Positions 20,471 through 30,260 are shown, counted from the stretch's first letter. The stretch: DNA of 64,000 nt from an uncultured Gammaproteobacteria bacterium (GCA_964443495.1 CAYUCS010000002.1:260021-324020), one strand, 5' to 3'. Program-made: numbers and translations. Notes: generated by a model from the letters alone, not told the origin.

Positions 20471-20510
20471 TCTAAATTTAAAATTTAAAATTTTAAATTA
20501 ATTTCAATTA
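20471..20510. repeat. AT-only phased A/T-tract repeat upstream of rsmI
   Basis: tctaaatttaaaatttaaaattttaaattaatttcaatta. It shares an identical 19-mer with the dprA-topA spacer at 32698-32716. Confidence 0.7.
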
Positions 20511-20538
20511 CTAATCATTAAAACGCGATTCTAATGTT

Positions 20539-22188
20539 TTACTGCGAAATATCTTCCTTGCGCTCTCTTACATACTTCCCCCACTCCTCAGCGATTTCGA
20601 CGAAGACCTTGAACGGCGCCTCGATGATGAAATCGAGAATGAAGACGAAGACATTGATCTTGGAGAAGTGCTGCGACAACCATTTGCCTACGGCAATGAC
20701 CGGGACGTAGAAGAAGTCCGTGATGAAGCCGAAAATGTTTTCTTTGGCCTCGACCACCATCAATTCGCGGACGCGCTTGCGGATGCGGATGCTGAAGAAA
20801 CTGATCAAGGCCAAGAAGAACAAGAAAATGGTGATGCTGATGAAGTTGAAGCCGACCATATCCAAAAGATAGATGACCGCGCCGAAAGTCACCAGGAAGG
20901 TCACCCCGTAAAGGAAATTGAAAAAGGCGTTGCGAAAACCGCTCCGCCTAACCGGCGGCCGCAAACGGATCGGCTCCTGGCGCGCTTTCTCGACGAAAGT
21001 CAGCTCTTCGATTCCGGCCACGATCTTGGCCGTATTGGCTTCGCCTGGCAAGCGGGTGAAGAGTATGATGAAAAACAGCAAGACCGGAGGCATTGCGACA
21101 TTGATGGCTAGGGCGCCGACGCTCGGAGTTTCCTTCAAGAGCGTGGCCAACGGTATTTCCAAGATGAAGACCAAGAACATCTTGGTCACGAACAGATAGA
21201 TGATGCTGCGGATAGCGGCTCGCCACAGCTTCGACTTGGTCTTCTTGTACCGCTTGGCGCAGATTCCTTTGATATTGCGAGGAAAGGCCTTCGGATCCTT
21301 CTTGAAATCATCATAAACGGCGACCGGATTCTCGGAGATGACTTCTTCCAGGATACTGAAATAAACAGTGTGCCGGTCGATGATACGGCTGAGCTGCGGC
21401 GCCAACGGGTGCGCGATTTGCTGGTTGATCGCCCGATAAATGGCAACCAAGCTGGCTGCCGTCTTGGCCATCACCTCTTCAGTCGGCTGCTGCCAATCCG
21501 AAACGTAATACTTCAGCAGCACATAGCTGACCATATCGCGATCGGCCTTGAGATAGCTGCGATAGATGCCGGAGAATATCTGGATCTCCTTGTCCTTGTG
21601 GTAAGGGGAGTCGTCAGGAAATTTGATATCCTTGGCCAAATTGGCATAAAGGATATTGATCGCTAGCTTAGTGATCGAATCGCGCTTAAGCTTCTCTTCG
21701 ATCTCGCAAGCGGTCAAGGAAATCAGCCAACGGTTGATTTCTTTCTTTTCTTCATAGGGCAGCTCGTCCAGCTTGGGCGCGGCCAAGCGGCGCAGAATGA
21801 TATATTTGTCGATGATGGTTCCGACCTCAGAAATCTTGCTTTCGGGCAATTTGTTGTTCGGCAGGTAGCCGGCGCGGATCATTTCCGTCAGCAAATGCGC
21901 GGCGATTTCTTTGCCGTTGCGCACCTGCTCGATGGAAATCTGGCGTCGGATGATGCGGTCGATGGCATTCTTATGCAGCAAATGCTCCTCTTTGTCATCG
22001 ACCGAGTTGCGTATTTTCTCGTAATAGAATGCCATCTTGGAGATGATGTCCGAAACTTTTATTTTCGGCTCCTCCGTTTCCCTGGATGGCTGGTTTTGGG
22101 CGCGGTAAATCTCCTGAAAAAGCTTTTTGATCTCTTCAGTCACGGTTAGCCTGGCATCTTCTTTTTTACTAAGGGTTGGGTTGAACAT
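20539..22188 (-). CDS. hypothetical protein: soluble N-terminal half plus ~5 C-terminal TM helices
   Basis: ORF 20539-22236. I prefer ATG 22188 (MFNPTLSKKED...), which lies downstream of a TTGATT-17-TACAAT promoter. I recognise no family. Confidence 0.75.
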   Translation of the reverse strand: MFNPTLSKKEDARLTVTEEIKKLFQEIYRAQNQPSRETEEPKIKVSDIISKMAFYYEKIRNSVDDKEEHLLHKNAIDRIIRRQISIEQVRNGKEIAAHLLTEMIRAGYLPNNKLPESKISEVGTIIDKYIILRRLAAPKLDELPYEEKKEINRWLISLTACEIEEKLKRDSITKLAINILYANLAKDIKFPDDSPYHKDKEIQIFSGIYRSYLKADRDMVSYVLLKYYVSDWQQPTEEVMAKTAASLVAIYRAINQQIAHPLAPQLSRIIDRHTVYFSILEEVISENPVAVYDDFKKDPKAFPRNIKGICAKRYKKTKSKLWRAAIRSIIYLFVTKMFLVFILEIPLATLLKETPSVGALAINVAMPPVLLFFIILFTRLPGEANTAKIVAGIEELTFVEKARQEPIRLRPPVRRSGFRNAFFNFLYGVTFLVTFGAVIYLLDMVGFNFISITIFLFFLALISFFSIRIRKRVRELMVVEAKENIFGFITDFFYVPVIAVGKWLSQHFSKINVFVFILDFIIEAPFKVFVEIAEEWGKYVRERKEDISQ

Positions 22189-22224
22189 AATAAAAGCTAA
22201 CGTTAATTTACCGCTATTGTGTAT

Positions 22225-22253
22225 ATTGTAACACATTTTTCGGCTAAAATCAA
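22225..22253 (-). promoter_or_regulatory. candidate sigma70-type promoter
   Basis: The minus strand reads TTGATT-17 nt-TACAAT, directly after the terminator of the upstream gene. Confidence 0.5.
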
Positions 22254-22254
22254 G

Positions 22255-22283
22255 AAAAAAGCCGGCACCAGGATAGTGCCGGC
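22255..22283 (-). terminator. intrinsic terminator
   Basis: GCCGGCAC-7 nt-GTGCCGGC followed by U6 on the minus strand. It lies downstream of ORF 22294-22767. Confidence 0.8.
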
Positions 22284-22293
22284 CGTTCGCATT

Positions 22294-22767
22294 TCAGCAA
22301 CTTGCCGAGTAAAAGGGGCGGCGGTCGTCAATCATGACATAATGGTGCGGATTGGCCGACAAGAGCTCCCTGACCTCGCCAGCCAGCTCACTGACGCAAC
22401 ATTCCCTAACAACCGCATTAAGCAGCTGGTTGAGTCGCAGGACAGCCGCTTCATTGCCCTCAAAGGCAATGGCCGAGGTCAGAAACCAGCTGTTGTAACC
22501 TCGGACATCGATGTCATGATAGCGGAATCTGATCTGGGCCTGCCGCCCGTCCACAACCAAAGAATAACAAGCGCTTGAAATATCGTCTTTGCACATGTCT
22601 ATCTCTGTTATCAGGCACTCCTGGCGTATTTCCGGACTCATCAGCATGATCAAGAAGCGCGTCTTGATCACCTCTAAAATCATGGCCAACGATCCTTCGT
22701 TATAGCGTTCAAAGTCTGGAAATTTCTTTTTAAGCCACTCGCCGTCACAATGGATGACCCGTTTCAT
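22294..22767 (-). CDS. hypothetical cytoplasmic protein
   Basis: 157-aa ORF with an ATG start, followed by its own terminator. No recognisable motif. Confidence 0.6.
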   Translation of the reverse strand: MKRVIHCDGEWLKKKFPDFERYNEGSLAMILEVIKTRFLIMLMSPEIRQECLITEIDMCKDDISSACYSLVVDGRQAQIRFRYHDIDVRGYNSWFLTSAIAFEGNEAAVLRLNQLLNAVVRECCVSELAGEVRELLSANPHHYVMIDDRRPFYSASC

Positions 22768-22828
22768 AGCCTCGACCTCCTTTTTCGATATTGTTTTTCG
22801 TAAAGGGCAAAAAGAAAATCAGTTATTG

Positions 22829-23284
22829 CTAACTGATTTTCTTGAAAGAATCGATGATTTGCTTTTTCATGGTATCGGTCCACTTGCCCGCCCAGTCGAA
22901 CGGGACCTTGTCCCAGAACATGATATAATAGCTTTTCTGCTCGTCTGAGGCGATGATCGTGAAAGCCGTTTCCGGCTGATGTTCTTTGTTGGTGACTACC
23001 CTGATGGTTATCGGCAGGGCATAGCTCGGGATCAGCTGCGGGTAGGTGGTGTCGCTAGTGGGAACGAAAATCTGCAGATCGGTATAATCGCCCTTGTTCT
23101 GTCGCTGAGTCTGGAAATACTGGAACTCCTTCGGCAAAGTCAGGCCGAAACCGAGATCCTTGGCGGTGTAAACGTAGCTGCCATCCTCGCCTTGGCTGAT
23201 CGGCACCTGCTTCTTGAAACATCCGGAAAGGATGACGGGCAGGAAAAGGATAAACAGGACTGTAAATAATTGTTTTTTGGTCAT
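22829..23284 (-). CDS. lipoprotein, unknown function
   Basis: Signal peptide with lipobox: MTKKQLFTVLFILFLPVILSGC. Confidence 0.75.
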   Translation of the reverse strand: MTKKQLFTVLFILFLPVILSGCFKKQVPISQGEDGSYVYTAKDLGFGLTLPKEFQYFQTQRQNKGDYTDLQIFVPTSDTTYPQLIPSYALPITIRVVTNKEHQPETAFTIIASDEQKSYYIMFWDKVPFDWAGKWTDTMKKQIIDSFKKIS

Positions 23285-23347
23285 AGATAACGACTATTTA
23301 ATCTTAAGTCCATATTGTAAACGCTCCTCCCTCGTTTGTAAAGTGGC

Positions 23348-23578
23348 CTATTTTATCCTGAACAGCTGGTCCAGCTCGCGCTTCAGCCACCAGAACTTGT
23401 CAGCCAGGTAGATAAAAATGATCGCCAGCAGAATAATGATGAAGCCGAAGACCAGGCGGGTGAAAAAATTGAAGAACACCACCAAGATGCCCAAAAGGAT
23501 CATCATGATGCCGGTCGAAGCCAGGGTCCAGGCGATGCTGTCGAGCTTGCGACGAAGCTTTTTGATAAAATGCGTCAT
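23348..23578 (-). CDS. small two-TM membrane protein
   Basis: 76 aa with two hydrophobic helices (WTLASTGIMMILLGILVVFF, LVFGFIIILLAIIFIYL). Confidence 0.55.
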   Translation of the reverse strand: MTHFIKKLRRKLDSIAWTLASTGIMMILLGILVVFFNFFTRLVFGFIIILLAIIFIYLADKFWWLKRELDQLFRIK

Positions 23579-23650
23579 ACTCCTTGTTGTTAATATATTT
23601 GTTTAATTATACCACCAACCGGCGCTTACTACAAAGTTTCTCCCCGAACC

Positions 23651-23677
23651 AAAAGCCCCGCACGAAGCGGGGCTTTT
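23651..23677. terminator. bidirectional intrinsic terminator
   Basis: AAAAGCCCCGC-ACGAA-GCGGGGCTTTT, downstream of the 868-aa gene. Confidence 0.85.
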
Positions 23678-23697
23678 ATCATATCATTTTCAGTTGA

Positions 23698-26304
23698 TCA
23701 ATTTCCCCAACGCTGGTCGGCATGGGCTACGATCTGGGCGGCATCGCCGAGTGTGGCCGGTTTTTTCAAATCGGCCGGCTTGTACGGCAAGCCCAGCCTC
23801 TGCGCCATGTCCGGGGCGGCGGCCAAGCCATAAGCCTGCGCTGTGGCCTTCAAGGCGTCGCCGATAGTCGCCTTGCCGGCGGCAGCTGGTGCCACCTTCT
23901 GGTCGATCGTATTATTCAGCATGTCGGCCAAAGCTTTTTTGTCCAGCTTCTGCTTGACATCGATCTCGCCTTTGGCATTGGCTTTGATTGCGCCATCATC
24001 CTTCAAATATTTAATATCCGTAAATAACGGATTAGTGTCATCGATATTCTTGGCCGGCAGCAGTCCCTTCTTGAACTTTTCCTGCTGCGACCTGGCGATG
24101 CTCTTCTCTACCTCACCCTTCATTATCTTGGCGTATTGCATGATTTCTTGAGGATTTTTCAGCTCGCCACCCTGAACCTTGTCATTGAACTCGGACAAGC
24201 GCTGTTCGAGATTGGCGGCAATGTCAGGGGTGAAATTGTAGGCCTTAATCTGATCCTTGATCTGGCTGATCAGCTTGGCCGCATCAACCGGCATGCCTTT
24301 AACCTTCTTGAGCTGCTCGATCGTGCGTTCGGCCGCCTGCGATTCGGCAATCAGGCCTAATTTGCCCTCGAGCGTCTTGGCGCGGTCGCGCTCAGGAATT
24401 AGCGGCAATACATCCCGCATAATCGATTCGATGAATTTCTGATCCTTGGCGCGCTGTCCGATCACTTCATCCAACAACTCCGGACTGAGCTGCATCAGCG
24501 AGCTCTTCATCAGGAAACCGTCCTCGCGGCCGACTTTGGAAAGCAAGCCTTGCAATTTACCGTTGTCGCTCGACACGAGCCCTTCGCCCGAAACGGCCAC
24601 ATCGGTCGCCTGCTTGATTTCAGCCATCTGGTCGACGCCCATCTTGATGCCGGCATCACGCAAAACATTGGATAGCGACAGGACAACACCCGTCACGTCA
24701 TCAAGACGCTTGCCTGCTTCCATATAATCACCCTTATCATAAGCCGCTTGCGCTTCAGCCAGCTTCTTGTTGGCATCGGCCAACAGCTGGTCTGCCCGCG
24801 CGTCACCCGGCTTGCCTTTAGGCAAGGCGGCTGCCAGATCAGCTAAATCAGCGATTACCGCTTTGAGCCTGGCGAGACCTTGCTCAACCATCGGCTTGGC
24901 GCGCTCGCCAGCCAGCTTGCGGATTATCTCATTGACCCGATCGTTTACCTTGAGGCTATCTGCTTGATCCATCAGGGCTAAGAAGGTCTCACGGTCCTTG
25001 TTTTTCAATGCCGTCTCGGCCTTGTCTCTGATGTCGGCCAATTGGACCAGCATGCCCTCCATTTCAGTGGTCGATATCCCGAATTTCTTGGCATGCTCGA
25101 TCGTCAACTCCAACGCCCTGACCCCGCGACGCAGCTGTTCCATGAAAGAATTCAATCTTTCCATCGGCAAGGACTTCTCCTTGAAATTGGCGAAGTGCTC
25201 CTCCAGGCCAAGCTTCTTCAGTTCCATCAATTTTTGGGCCGAACTAGCATAGTCTTCGTTGTCGTAAGCCGATTTTGCCTGCCTGTAAACGCTCTTGCCC
25301 TGCTCGAGCAAATCTATCGATTTTGCATCCACGGCAACTCCGCTTTCTTTTGCTTTATCCAAACCGCGCTCAGCGCGGCCCAGCGCCTCACTGATACTGT
25401 CCAACACTTCACCCAGCTTCTTCGGGTTAAGCCCCTTGAATTGCCCGCGAGCCGCCCCAGCCTCGCCAGCGGGATTCTCGTCCCTGAGTTGCTTCATGAT
25501 CTTGGCCGCGCCCTGCTTGTCGCCCTTCTTGAACAAATTGTTAGCCTGATTGATTTTGTCGAGCGCAACGCCGATTTTGGCCCTTGCCTCATCCACGTCG
25601 CCATCGGCCGGCGCTTTATCAAGTGCGGACTTCGCGTCATTCAATTGTTTTTTTACATCATTGATCAAGTCGGCACTGACCGCCTTCTGCTCGAACTGGC
25701 CGTACTTGCCTTGGATATTCAAAGACTGCAATTTCTGTAACAGCTGGGCGGCCTTCTGGTTATCTCCTCCAGCGAACGCGGCCTGCGCTTCGTCGTAGAG
25801 CTTGCGCGCTTCTTTCAAGGCACCATCAAGTGAATCAGTCTTTATCCGCCCATCCCTCATCTGTTTTGCTCCTTCTTCAGCCTGCAATAGTCCGTCCTGC
25901 ACCTTTTCAAAAGCCATGCCGATCTGTCCGATCATCGGATTCGCGCCGTCTGCTAAGGCCTTGCCCATAAACTCGGGCATCGGACCGCCCTCGGGCATTG
26001 CCGGAGGTTTGGGAAAGCTCGACATATCGAATGACGGCATTGCCGGCGGCATGGTTGGCGGTTGAGGCAGTTCGCCCAATTCCGCCCGGGTCGCCTGAGC
26101 GGCCGCTTCTGCCTGGGCCTGAGTCTGCTCCATCATCCGCTTGATCGCATCTTGGCTAGGCGCTCCGCCCTGGGTCATCAAATCAGCGCCGATACCTATG
26201 GCACCGAGCGTTCCTAAATAATCCTGGGCCAAAACCGGAGCCAATGGGGTTACCAGGCAAGCCATTAGCACGCCAGCCACCATTTTTTTGTTCTTATGGT
26301 TCAT
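23698..26304 (-). CDS. secreted 868-aa all-helical repeat protein, unknown function
   Basis: Signal peptide MNHKNKKMVAGVLMACLVTPLAPVLAQD. A Pro/Met-rich segment (PQPPTMPPAMPSF...PKPPAMPEGGPMPEF) follows. The rest is A/K/E/L/D-rich with recurring units of the type A.AAYD.GDY..A...L..L. Confidence 0.8.
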   Translation of the reverse strand: MNHKNKKMVAGVLMACLVTPLAPVLAQDYLGTLGAIGIGADLMTQGGAPSQDAIKRMMEQTQAQAEAAAQATRAELGELPQPPTMPPAMPSFDMSSFPKPPAMPEGGPMPEFMGKALADGANPMIGQIGMAFEKVQDGLLQAEEGAKQMRDGRIKTDSLDGALKEARKLYDEAQAAFAGGDNQKAAQLLQKLQSLNIQGKYGQFEQKAVSADLINDVKKQLNDAKSALDKAPADGDVDEARAKIGVALDKINQANNLFKKGDKQGAAKIMKQLRDENPAGEAGAARGQFKGLNPKKLGEVLDSISEALGRAERGLDKAKESGVAVDAKSIDLLEQGKSVYRQAKSAYDNEDYASSAQKLMELKKLGLEEHFANFKEKSLPMERLNSFMEQLRRGVRALELTIEHAKKFGISTTEMEGMLVQLADIRDKAETALKNKDRETFLALMDQADSLKVNDRVNEIIRKLAGERAKPMVEQGLARLKAVIADLADLAAALPKGKPGDARADQLLADANKKLAEAQAAYDKGDYMEAGKRLDDVTGVVLSLSNVLRDAGIKMGVDQMAEIKQATDVAVSGEGLVSSDNGKLQGLLSKVGREDGFLMKSSLMQLSPELLDEVIGQRAKDQKFIESIMRDVLPLIPERDRAKTLEGKLGLIAESQAAERTIEQLKKVKGMPVDAAKLISQIKDQIKAYNFTPDIAANLEQRLSEFNDKVQGGELKNPQEIMQYAKIMKGEVEKSIARSQQEKFKKGLLPAKNIDDTNPLFTDIKYLKDDGAIKANAKGEIDVKQKLDKKALADMLNNTIDQKVAPAAAGKATIGDALKATAQAYGLAAAPDMAQRLGLPYKPADLKKPATLGDAAQIVAHADQRWGN

Positions 26305-26395
26305 ATTGTTATATTTTCCCGCTTGTCTTGCGAGCTATTCATATTATACAAGATTAATCGCGGATAAGACAGTTTGCCGTTTTTTGGTCTAACAC

Positions 26396-26424
26396 TTGCC
26401 AAATAAATAAAAACCGGTTATAAT
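26396..26424 (+). promoter_or_regulatory. candidate sigma70-type promoter of the LCP-der-pth operon
   Basis: TTGCCA (26396-26401), a 17-nt spacer, then a perfect TATAAT (26419-26424). Confidence 0.55.
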
Positions 26425-26516
26425 CTTATCAAGATAAGGCAAACGGAAAAATAAATAAGTCCGCCTTGGGTATTTTTCTGTCTGTCTTATTTTTTATGTA
26501 ATTTTAGATAAAATAA

Positions 26517-28040
26517 ATGCACGAACAAGATGTGATCGAGGTCAAGAAGCTCGACGACATATATTTTGAAGAAGCGGCCAATGAACCTAAAGAAAAGAAA
26601 AAACGTTCGTTTTTCAAATTCTTTTTCAAATTCACGATTTTTTTCCTAATTTTCGCTGGAATCGGTCTAGCCGCTTTCTCTGGCTTCAACGCCAGGAACA
26701 ATAGCAATAACAACAATGGCAGCGTGGTTACGAACTGGCTCGACAATTTAGGTATCGTCGGCCAAATTACCCACCTGGCCGTCAGCTCCGATCGCCAGCT
26801 CAAAGGCGAAGAACGTGATCGCATCAATATCCTGCTCTTAGGCGTCGGCGGCAAGAACCACGACGGCGGCTGGCTGACCGATACGATCATGCTGGTCAGC
26901 TTCCAGCCCTCGACCAAGCGCGTTTCCATGATTTCCATCCCCCGCGACCTGACCGTCCCGGTCGAGAACATGGGCTGGCGCAAGATCAACGCTATCGGCG
27001 CCTTCGCGGAAAAAGAAAATCCCGGCTCCGGCGGCTTGGCAGCCAGCCAGGCCATCAGCGAACTTTTCAAAGTGCCGATCGACTACTACCTGCGCGTCGA
27101 TTTCCAGGGTTTTGCCAAAGTCATTGATGAACTCGGCGGCATCGACGTCCAAGTAGAAAAGCAGCTTGACGATTATATGTACCCGATCCTCGGCCAAGAG
27201 GACAACCCGAATTATTATGCCCGCTATCAGCACCTTCACGTCGAACCGGGACTGCAGCACATGGATGGCTCACTAGCGCTTAAATTCGCTCGCTCGCGCC
27301 ACGGCGTAGGCGGCGAGGGCTCGGACTTTGCCCGTGCCAAGCGCCAGCAGCTGGTAATCCAGGCTGTCAAAGACAAGCTCTTCTCTGCCAGCAATATCTT
27401 CAAGCCGACGCTGATCGGCAACCTGGTCAGCACTTACCAGGATCACGTCACCACCAATTTCCAGGTCTGGGAAATGGTCAAGATGTGGGACCTGTTCAAG
27501 AACGTGCAGAAAGAGCAGATCACCAACAAGGTCCTCGATAACAGCCCGGACGGCCTCTTGATGGACAGCCGTGGCGACGAAGGCGCTTACATCCTCGTTC
27601 CACGCTCAGGCGACTTCTCCCAGATCCAATACCTGATCGCCAACGTCTTCGCCGACGCGCCGACAGCTACTGTCGAAAAAGTGGTCAAAGAGAAGGTCAC
27701 CTTGGAAATCCGCAACGGCACCTGGATCAACGGCCTAGCGAGCAAGGTCTCGACCGACATGGAAAAATACGGCTTCGATGTCACCAGCGTCGCCAATGCC
27801 AGCATGCGCAACTACCAACGCTCGGTCATCTATGACCTGACCAATGGCGCCAAACCGCAATCGCTCGAACTGCTCAAGGAGAAGGCCGGAGCCAACCTCG
27901 GCGTCGAACTGCCATCCTGGCTCACCACCGAACTTAATCAATCAGCCAAAACCAACAAGAATTTCATCCAGCCCGACTTCGTCTTAGTCGTCGGCCAATC
28001 CGCCGATAACACCAAGAGCGGCCTAGTGAACCCGAATTAA
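26517..28040 (+). CDS. LCP-family (LytR-CpsA-Psr) cell-envelope phosphotransferase with a C-terminal LytR_C-like domain
   Basis: N-terminal TM anchor followed by ...INILLLGVGGKNHDGGWLTDTIMLVSFQPSTKRVSMISIPRDL... and ...ALKFARSRH..., which are LCP core motifs. Confidence 0.9.
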   Translation: MHEQDVIEVKKLDDIYFEEAANEPKEKKKRSFFKFFFKFTIFFLIFAGIGLAAFSGFNARNNSNNNNGSVVTNWLDNLGIVGQITHLAVSSDRQLKGEERDRINILLLGVGGKNHDGGWLTDTIMLVSFQPSTKRVSMISIPRDLTVPVENMGWRKINAIGAFAEKENPGSGGLAASQAISELFKVPIDYYLRVDFQGFAKVIDELGGIDVQVEKQLDDYMYPILGQEDNPNYYARYQHLHVEPGLQHMDGSLALKFARSRHGVGGEGSDFARAKRQQLVIQAVKDKLFSASNIFKPTLIGNLVSTYQDHVTTNFQVWEMVKMWDLFKNVQKEQITNKVLDNSPDGLLMDSRGDEGAYILVPRSGDFSQIQYLIANVFADAPTATVEKVVKEKVTLEIRNGTWINGLASKVSTDMEKYGFDVTSVANASMRNYQRSVIYDLTNGAKPQSLELLKEKAGANLGVELPSWLTTELNQSAKTNKNFIQPDFVLVVGQSADNTKSGLVNPN

Positions 28041-28041
28041 C

Positions 28042-29499
28042 ATGAACACCCCCAACCAAAATCTGCCGCAAGTCGTCATCTTCGGCCGCACCAACGTCGG
28101 CAAGTCGACGATCTTCAATTGCCTCACCGAGAAGCAGCAGGCGATCGTTTCCGATATCGCCGGCACCACCCGCGACGCCAACGCTGGCGTGGCCGAATGG
28201 CGCGGACGCCGTTTCGAACTGATCGACACCGGCGGCATCATCAATCTCGACAACTTCCTCGGCACTGCCGGCAAACGGGAGCAGACCGACATGATCCAGA
28301 AGAAGATCGAAGAACAGGCGCGCCTCCATCTGGAGCGCGCTGCTTTGATATTGTTCGTCGTCGATGCCAAAGACGGCATTTTGCCAGTCGATCGGCAGCT
28401 AGCCAACCTCCTGAAAAAGATCCTTAACGACCACACCGAACGCATCCTCCTGGTGACGAACAAAGTTGATAACTACCGCCGCCAGAAAGACCAGGTCGTC
28501 GAGTTCCATAAGCTCGCGCTGGGCGAGCCGATTTCGATGTCAGCCGCGACCGGCTCGGGCACGGGCGACCTCCTTGACCTCATCGTCGAGAGGCTGCCAG
28601 CCGAAACCGCGTCAGAAGAGCCTGAAGTCGAAGAAATCAAGGCCGTCATCATCGGCAAGCCGAATGTGGGCAAATCCAGTCTTTTGAACAGCCTCCTGGG
28701 CGAAGAACGCGTCATCGTCTCACCCATCGCCCACACCACCCGCGAACCGCAGGATACCCTGCTCATCTACAAGGACAAGACTATCCGCCTGATCGATACC
28801 GCTGGCATCAGCCGCAAAGGCCGCCAAGTCGGCTACAAGAAAAAGCATGACGGACAGCTGGAGAAAGTCGGCATTGAGAAATCCTTGAAGAGCCTCGAGA
28901 AGGCCGACATCGCCCTTCTGGTCCTTGATATCAACGACGAGATCACCCACCAGGACGCCAAGATCGTCGAAGAGATCATCGAGCGCCAGAAAAGCCTGAT
29001 TATCATCGGCAACAAATGGGACCTGATCGAAACAAAAGACGTCAAGAAACATACCCGCGAGATTTTCAGCCACCTGCCTTTCGCCCAATGGGCCCCGGTT
29101 CTCTTCCTCTCGGCCAAGACCGGAGCCAAGACCAAGCATGTCTTGGAAACCATCATCACGGTAGCCGAACAGCGCCGAAAAGAAATCAGTGCCTCCGTTC
29201 TTAACACCTTCCTGATGAAGCTGGTCAAGCTGCATCGCCCGACCCGCGGCAAAGGCACGGTCAATCCGCGCATCCGCCGCTTCGAACAATGCGGCGTCAA
29301 TCCGCCAGTCTTCGAAGTCCGCATCGGCGCTAAGGAAAATCTGGACAAATCATACACCCACTTCATCGCCAACCGCTTGCGCGAGAAGTTCGGCTTCTCC
29401 GGCACCCCGATCCGCGTCTGGATCACTAAAGGGCGCAAGATCCATGGCCGCCAAGAGCACGGACGAGGCGAGACGGATATTATGGATGAAGAGATATAG
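28042..29499 (+). CDS. der: ribosome-associated GTPase Der (EngA)
   Basis: Two GTPase domains (GRTNVGKST, DTGG / GKPNVGKSS, DTAG, NKWD) plus a KH-like C-terminus. Confidence 0.95.
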   Translation: MNTPNQNLPQVVIFGRTNVGKSTIFNCLTEKQQAIVSDIAGTTRDANAGVAEWRGRRFELIDTGGIINLDNFLGTAGKREQTDMIQKKIEEQARLHLERAALILFVVDAKDGILPVDRQLANLLKKILNDHTERILLVTNKVDNYRRQKDQVVEFHKLALGEPISMSAATGSGTGDLLDLIVERLPAETASEEPEVEEIKAVIIGKPNVGKSSLLNSLLGEERVIVSPIAHTTREPQDTLLIYKDKTIRLIDTAGISRKGRQVGYKKKHDGQLEKVGIEKSLKSLEKADIALLVLDINDEITHQDAKIVEEIIERQKSLIIIGNKWDLIETKDVKKHTREIFSHLPFAQWAPVLFLSAKTGAKTKHVLETIITVAEQRRKEISASVLNTFLMKLVKLHRPTRGKGTVNPRIRRFEQCGVNPPVFEVRIGAKENLDKSYTHFIANRLREKFGFSGTPIRVWITKGRKIHGRQEHGRGETDIMDEEI

Positions 29500-29509
29500 C
29501 AATAAAATT

Positions 29510-30037
29510 ATGAAATTGATCGTCGGCCTGGGCAACCCGGGCAAACAATACGAACTTACCCGCCACAACGTCGGCTTCTTGGCTATCGACTCGATCGCCA
29601 ACGAGTACGGCCTGACCTGGGCAAAATGGAAAGACAAGTACAGCGCCCTGGTCGCTCGTTATAACGACATCATCCTGGTCAAGCCGCAGGACTTCATGAA
29701 CGTTTCCGGCATGGCGGTCAGAAATATTTTTGATTACTACAAGATTCCGGTCAAAGAGGACCTGGCCAATATCCTGACTGTCATCCATGACGACCTCGAT
29801 GTCGATCTTGGGACCTTCAAAGTCGCAACCGCTTCGCGCGCGGCAGGACACAATGGCGTCCAGTCACTCATCGACCATCTGGGAACCAAAAAATTCACCC
29901 GCTGCCGGGTCGGCATCCGCGTCCCAACTCCTCGCAAAACACCCTCGGAAAAATTCGTCCTAGAAAAATTCAAGAAAGAAGAGCTCGTCGCCATCAAACA
30001 GCTATTTCCTGAGATAAAAAAAATCGCCCTTGGTTAG
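29510..30037 (+). CDS. pth: peptidyl-tRNA hydrolase
   Basis: MKLIVGLGNPGKQYELTRHNVGF... and ...GHNGVQS... are Pth motifs. The start was moved to ATG 29510, because the earlier part of ORF 29444-30037 overlaps der. Confidence 0.93.
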   Translation: MKLIVGLGNPGKQYELTRHNVGFLAIDSIANEYGLTWAKWKDKYSALVARYNDIILVKPQDFMNVSGMAVRNIFDYYKIPVKEDLANILTVIHDDLDVDLGTFKVATASRAAGHNGVQSLIDHLGTKKFTRCRVGIRVPTPRKTPSEKFVLEKFKKEELVAIKQLFPEIKKIALG

Positions 30038-30053
30038 ACCAAGGGCTTTTTTG
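30026..30053 (+). terminator. intrinsic terminator of the LCP-der-pth operon
   Basis: GCCCTTGGT-TAG-ACCAAGGGC followed by T6. The pth stop codon forms the loop. Confidence 0.85.
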
Positions 30054-30060
30054 TTCCGAT

Positions 30061-30240
30061 TCAAGAGCAAAGAGAGAAGAATACCGTAATGGCGAAAGCC
30101 AGGACGGAAAACCAGAAGATGCTTAGCCTTTTCCTCTTCATTTTCCTGCCAGGCACCAGGCCGGGCAGCAAATCGCAATACGACAGGATGGCCGAGGTCA
30201 TCGTGCCGAGCAGTAAGAAAATGCTCAAGGCGTCTTTCAT
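30061..30240 (-). CDS. small two-TM membrane protein
   Basis: 59 aa, MKDALSIFLLLGTMTSAILSY...FWFSVLAFAITVFF. ATG 30240 is preceded by GGAGG at 5-nt spacing. It lies directly downstream of the 5'-nucleotidase gene. Confidence 0.6.
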   Translation of the reverse strand: MKDALSIFLLLGTMTSAILSYCDLLPGLVPGRKMKRKRLSIFWFSVLAFAITVFFSLCS

Positions 30241-30260
30241 ACGTTCCTCCGATCTCACGT

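Noticed and set aside
26504-27070. A 188-aa minus-strand ORF overlapping the start of the LCP gene.
   Set aside because: It is antisense to a strongly supported LCP-family CDS, and the translation is Ser/Pro/Leu-rich with no recognisable features.
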